Origin: Octopus sinensis
Lineage: Eukaryota
Direction: 5' to 3'
Assembly: GCF_006345805.1 (NCBI RefSeq)
Contig: NC_042999.1
Coordinates: forward strand, 91,326,001-91,390,000
Length of the DNA: 64,000 nt
Under the pieces are notes generated by a model, which saw only the letters and a list, made by a program, of their open reading frames with translations, did no database searches and was not told where the DNA came from. Below are positions 60,071 to 64,000 of the stretch, piece after piece (positions within the stretch are counted from its first letter, which is position 1; each line of letters starts with the position of its first letter). The position numbers were made by a program, and so were the translations under genes.

Positions 60071-60075
<5 letters not shown>

Positions 60076-61094
60076 AAGTATGTTTTCTTGTGTCAATTTC
60101 TCCTGGAGAGAAGAGTGGAACAGTTAGGTTCCTAACTTCGAAATTCCAATAAAAATTAACATTTTTATGTTATGTCACACGTCGACAGCTTTATTGTGAA
60201 GAGATAGAATATGAGTGTTTATAGTAGCTTTATATTTGTAAGGGTTTTTACAACCCTCTCCGTTATAGTTGTAATTTATTGATAATTATACACCCTTCTT
60301 TTATGAAATTTATGATTGCCTGTTTTGGCCATTGATATATTCATAAATAATTATGAATTGTTTATGATATATCCTTCGTAATGTATTTTTAAATTCCTTT
60401 TTAAATATATATATATATGCTAACAGAGTTAATGCAGCCAATTATATGAATCTCAATAATTGATTGCTGCGTTATTTTCTGAAAGATGAATGGTAAAGTC
60501 GATCTTGACAGGACTTGAGCTCAGAATGTAGAGTGATGTGACTAAAAACCGTAAAACCGTAGAGTGCTTTGCCTGCCGCTTCTCTGATTCTGTCACAGCA
60601 AGAAGCATTGATTAAGCGTTGGCTTAAACACAAGTATTGAATCAAGGACATGTCTGTCTGATAAATCCCATTACTTAACTGGTATTTATTTTAACACTGG
60701 AGGGATGACAGGCAAGTTATCCACGACAGGATATGGATGCAGAACGTAAAGAAACGTATTTAAATACGATGTAGCTTCTTATCCGACGCTCTGATGACTA
60801 TAAGGCTTTCTATTTCCACTCATATTCTCCGATGACTTGTTGCTTGTTTACAGAAATATGTGCATTGAAGCAATGTAGAATTATGCGTTCCTTCTAAATA
60901 AATAATGAAAGGTTGCAATGGATTTGAACTCAAAATCTATGAAATGTTGCTCAAATATTTCAGCCACTCAATCATATCATTTTCTAGTTAGCATTGTACC
61001 TGTTTAACTCAGGTGAATATTGCAACTGCTCTGTCAAAAACAGCGATAAAACTGTTATAATCCAATTACATATAAAAGAATGTGAAATAGACAG

Positions 61095-61275
61095 AGTAAC
61101 TGAAAGAGAGAGAGAAGAGAAAGAGAAGAGAGAAAAGGAGAGAGGGAGAAAGAGAGAAAGAGAAGAGAGAGAAGGGGAGAGGGAGAAAGAGAATAGAGAG
61201 AAGGAGAGAGGGAGAAAGAGAGAGAGAGAGAGAAAAAAAAGAAAGAGAGAGAGAGAGAAAAAAGAAAAAGAGTGA
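61095..61275. repeat. Low-complexity GA-rich tract
   Basis: (GA/GAA)n; accounts for ORFs 60984 and 60994. Confidence 0.9.
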
Positions 61276-61869
61276 TAAACAGACAAAGATGTGTTTACCA
61301 TTGTTTTTCCTTTTATTGGTTATTCCGATTTTCCTCTGTAACTCTCTCAGATTTTAGTTTGATTGTTGATTCGTGATTAAACAACTGGAAGAGTAATATA
61401 ATTTTCACTGAAATGGGTTTTAGAAATCGATAAGACATTCAAACAATATTTATGGAATATTGAAAATTGAAATTAGAGTTTAAATGTACAATGATTTAAA
61501 ATAAACTGCACACAGAGAGTTGATAACTAATTCACTGACGGAAATAAAATAGAAGAGCATCAATAATTCGTTCGAAAAAGCTATCACGAACAATTTTAGA
61601 AGCAATCAGCTAGAAATGTCTTCAAATATTGTGCTGAGTCAAAAGTTTCCCAATGTTTTGGTAACTTATTTGCTTTATTCATCTAGTTACAACAAAAACA
61701 GCCTAGCATTCATAGTAGTGATCATTACGTTGCACTGTCTGAAGCCACCTTTCTGCCAGTCTTTTGACCTTACGCTGATACCAGTTCTTGTCCTTAGAGG
61801 CGAAGAACTCCTTCATTGTTTGGCGTCAGGTTTTGGAAGCTTATGCATGTTAGGATTATGGAAAAAATA

Positions 61870-62060
61870 TCTTCCTCAGATTATTACTTGTTCTAATCCA
61901 TACTTCCTGCGCTCACGACGCTTCGTCAACCAAGAGGTGGTGGAAGATTCAGAGAAGGAGTTCTTCGCCTCAATGGGCAAGAACTGGTATCAACGTGGGA
62001 TCAAAGAACTTGCAGAAAGGTGACCTCAGACGGTGCAACACAGTGGCCTCTACTTTGAAT
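61870..62060 (+). mobile_element. Mariner transposase C-terminal fragment
   Basis: SDYYLF*S..FLRSRRF...EFFASMGKNWYQRGIKELAER*...GLYFE. Confidence 0.8.
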
Positions 62061-62536
62061 GCTAGGCTACTGTTGTAACTTCACAAATAAAGCAAATTAG
62101 CTACCATAACATTTAAAAATTTACCAAAATATTGTAAAAAATATCGTAAAAAAATATTTGACGACATTTTTTAAATATTATTTCTAAAATTATTCGTGAT
62201 AGCAACAGATCTCCACAAATAAATAATACTCAGACAGCACTTGACTCCATTCTTAAATTTTCAACAACCATTAATAAACAAATATTCTTGTGTTGTGAGC
62301 AAATAGTTTCTTCACTTCTTGTTTCAAGACAGAAAGCTCTCCGGTGGCCAGTGCTCTGCATGGATGCCCTCTACCACTACTCTTATAGAACTCACTCCTT
62401 CTAAATATATTGGATCTGACATGCAAAGCATGTTCTTTGGGGTGAGCATAATCTCCGCTACTATCCTTAGCTCTAACTAGTTTTTACAAGATTTTCGCTT
62501 TTATTATTTCATCATATTTCACCAATATTTTATATA

Positions 62537-62941
62537 CTAGCAGGACCCGTGAATATTTCACGGAATTGATGGTAAACCTATTCGGTTGTCTCTGAAAACT
62601 TTATCCAAAAAACCTGAAAGCGTAGCCTATGTTGTTTCTGTATAGAAAGATAGTTGCTCATCTGCTAATCATTGAAAAGTGAAAGAAACTGGAATACGAT
62701 GATTACTTAATGAACTTTATTTATACATTTTATATACTTTATACACAATTTTTTAGACTTAATACACAGCACTCATAAAATAAATATTTACTCTTATTTT
62801 TCTAGTTTTCCCATAAAAAACAAACAAAAATATCCCGTACATATGATACAACCTTTAGTTAAATTGCATATGTCTGCCACGTAAATAAGAGTGAATAGTT
62901 CACGGAATTGCACTTATGCGCATGCGTTAAGTGATAGGTGA
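62537..62941 (-). mobile_element. Non-autonomous Helitron-type element (405 bp)
   Basis: On minus: ends CTAG|T with 7-bp hairpin CCGTGAA-ATA-TTCACGG; probable A|TC start at 62941 (less certain). Confidence 0.7.
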
Positions 62942-62992
62942 TATAAAAAATTTAATACAGTTTTGTATTTAACAGATGAGGAATTATATAAA

Positions 62993-63115
62993 TTATTTAC
63001 ATTATTTACATTTGCCGGATATTTGTCCTCATCTTGTTTGTTGTTAACACGTTTTGGCTGATATACCCTCCAGACTTCATCAGGTGTCTTGGGGAAATGT
63101 AAATAATGTAAATAA
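62993..63115. mobile_element. Penelope-like terminal fragment with 21-bp inverted ends and a degenerate hammerhead motif
   Basis: TTATTTACATTATTTACATTT ... AAATGTAAATAATGTAAATAA; minus strand reads CTGATGA-AGTCTG-GAGGGTATAT-CAGCC-AAAAC. Confidence 0.55.
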
Positions 63116-64000
63116 AAGATTTAGTTGAATTTTTAAAAATGTATACTTTTCACTATCCAATCACTGTGTGCTGAAGTGATGTCGACTCGTTTTTCATTTT
63201 TATTAATGCATCTACACCTCGTTGTATATTTGGATTTTTCTGCTTCTGAAAGATAGAGCAATTTGGTTCCTGTTAAACAATTTTTGTGGTTCAGTCTGAA
63301 TTATATTTTTTGTCTTCCAAAGACGGCTCATTTCACGTCTTTCTGGAAGCTGCGAAAAGCATTGCTGTATTTGTGTTTGAGGGAATGTCAATGGTGATGG
63401 GAGTGCCTATTCATATCTAGGGCCCACTTTTTCGAACTAGATCCAGCGAATGAAAGAAGCTTTCTCTCTCTCTCAGTTCGAACAATATATACGTTTCTTA
63501 GCTAGCCGAAACGTACATATGTGAGGGCGTGTGCTAATCGTTCATCTTGTTCATATCTACCGTTTTTTTTTGTCGTGAAATAAATATCGTCTGCTCAGAA
63601 ATTGAATCTGTTTTCTTTTTTTCTTGTAAAATGTGGTTTTGAGGGATTGTTTTCTTTATATCTATTATATTTTTTTTGTAGGGAGGGGTATTGGCCGTGG
63701 GGAAGTTTTGTTACGCTGTCGCATTTCTTTTTCTTTATGAATGACAGTAACAAACAAAATCGGTTTTACGAATTAAAGTGTCTTTTCACGCTAGCAAGAG
63801 AAAATTTAATACAAATAATTAAGTTCCTAAATTTATTTAGAAGTGATGCATTAAAAATGTTTGTTTCTCGTAGTTTCTCCTGGTAATAATCAATGATCTA
63901 GTGAGCTAGACTAAAACTATCTGACTAACTATATTATACATAATACCATACCTTGACACTGTGTGGGCTGAGATTCGAGTTGGCGGGTTACGACTGTGTC

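Noticed and set aside
60984-61301. ORFs rich in E/R/K or S/L/F
   Set aside because: Translation artefacts of the GA-rich tract.

Overview
AT-rich animal genomic DNA, very probably a coleoid cephalopod (Octopus-like; inferred from the repeat families, not from a database match). One complete protein-coding gene dominates the window: NAT10 (RNA cytidine acetyltransferase, ac4C writer) on the minus strand. I assembled it by hand as 26 coding exons from 45569 to 5088. Every intron is GT-AG, phases are consistent, and the CDS is 3087 nt (1028 aa) with an intact Walker A motif (AARGRGKS) and acetyl-CoA motif (QKMGYG). A candidate non-coding first exon and promoter lie near 48.4-48.8 kb. Introns and flanks hold many tRNA-derived SINEs, RTE 3' tails, and decayed Penelope-like, CRE, R4/NeSL-like, HERO-like, RTE, Tc1 and mariner elements. 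The most unusual structures are: (1) a 939-bp fold-back transposon with an 8-bp TSD and telomeric repeats in both arms; (2) a head-to-tail Helitron dimer; (3) an RTE with a PHD-like module inside its RT; (4) three hairpins at retroelement tails, one holding a degenerate hammerhead motif; (5) two 5'-inverted retroelement insertions; (6) a sharp CpG-depletion domain matching the NAT10 gene body; and (7) unassigned exon-like segments at 52.8-54.6 kb. Repeat boundaries are approximate unless stated. All alignments were done by eye.
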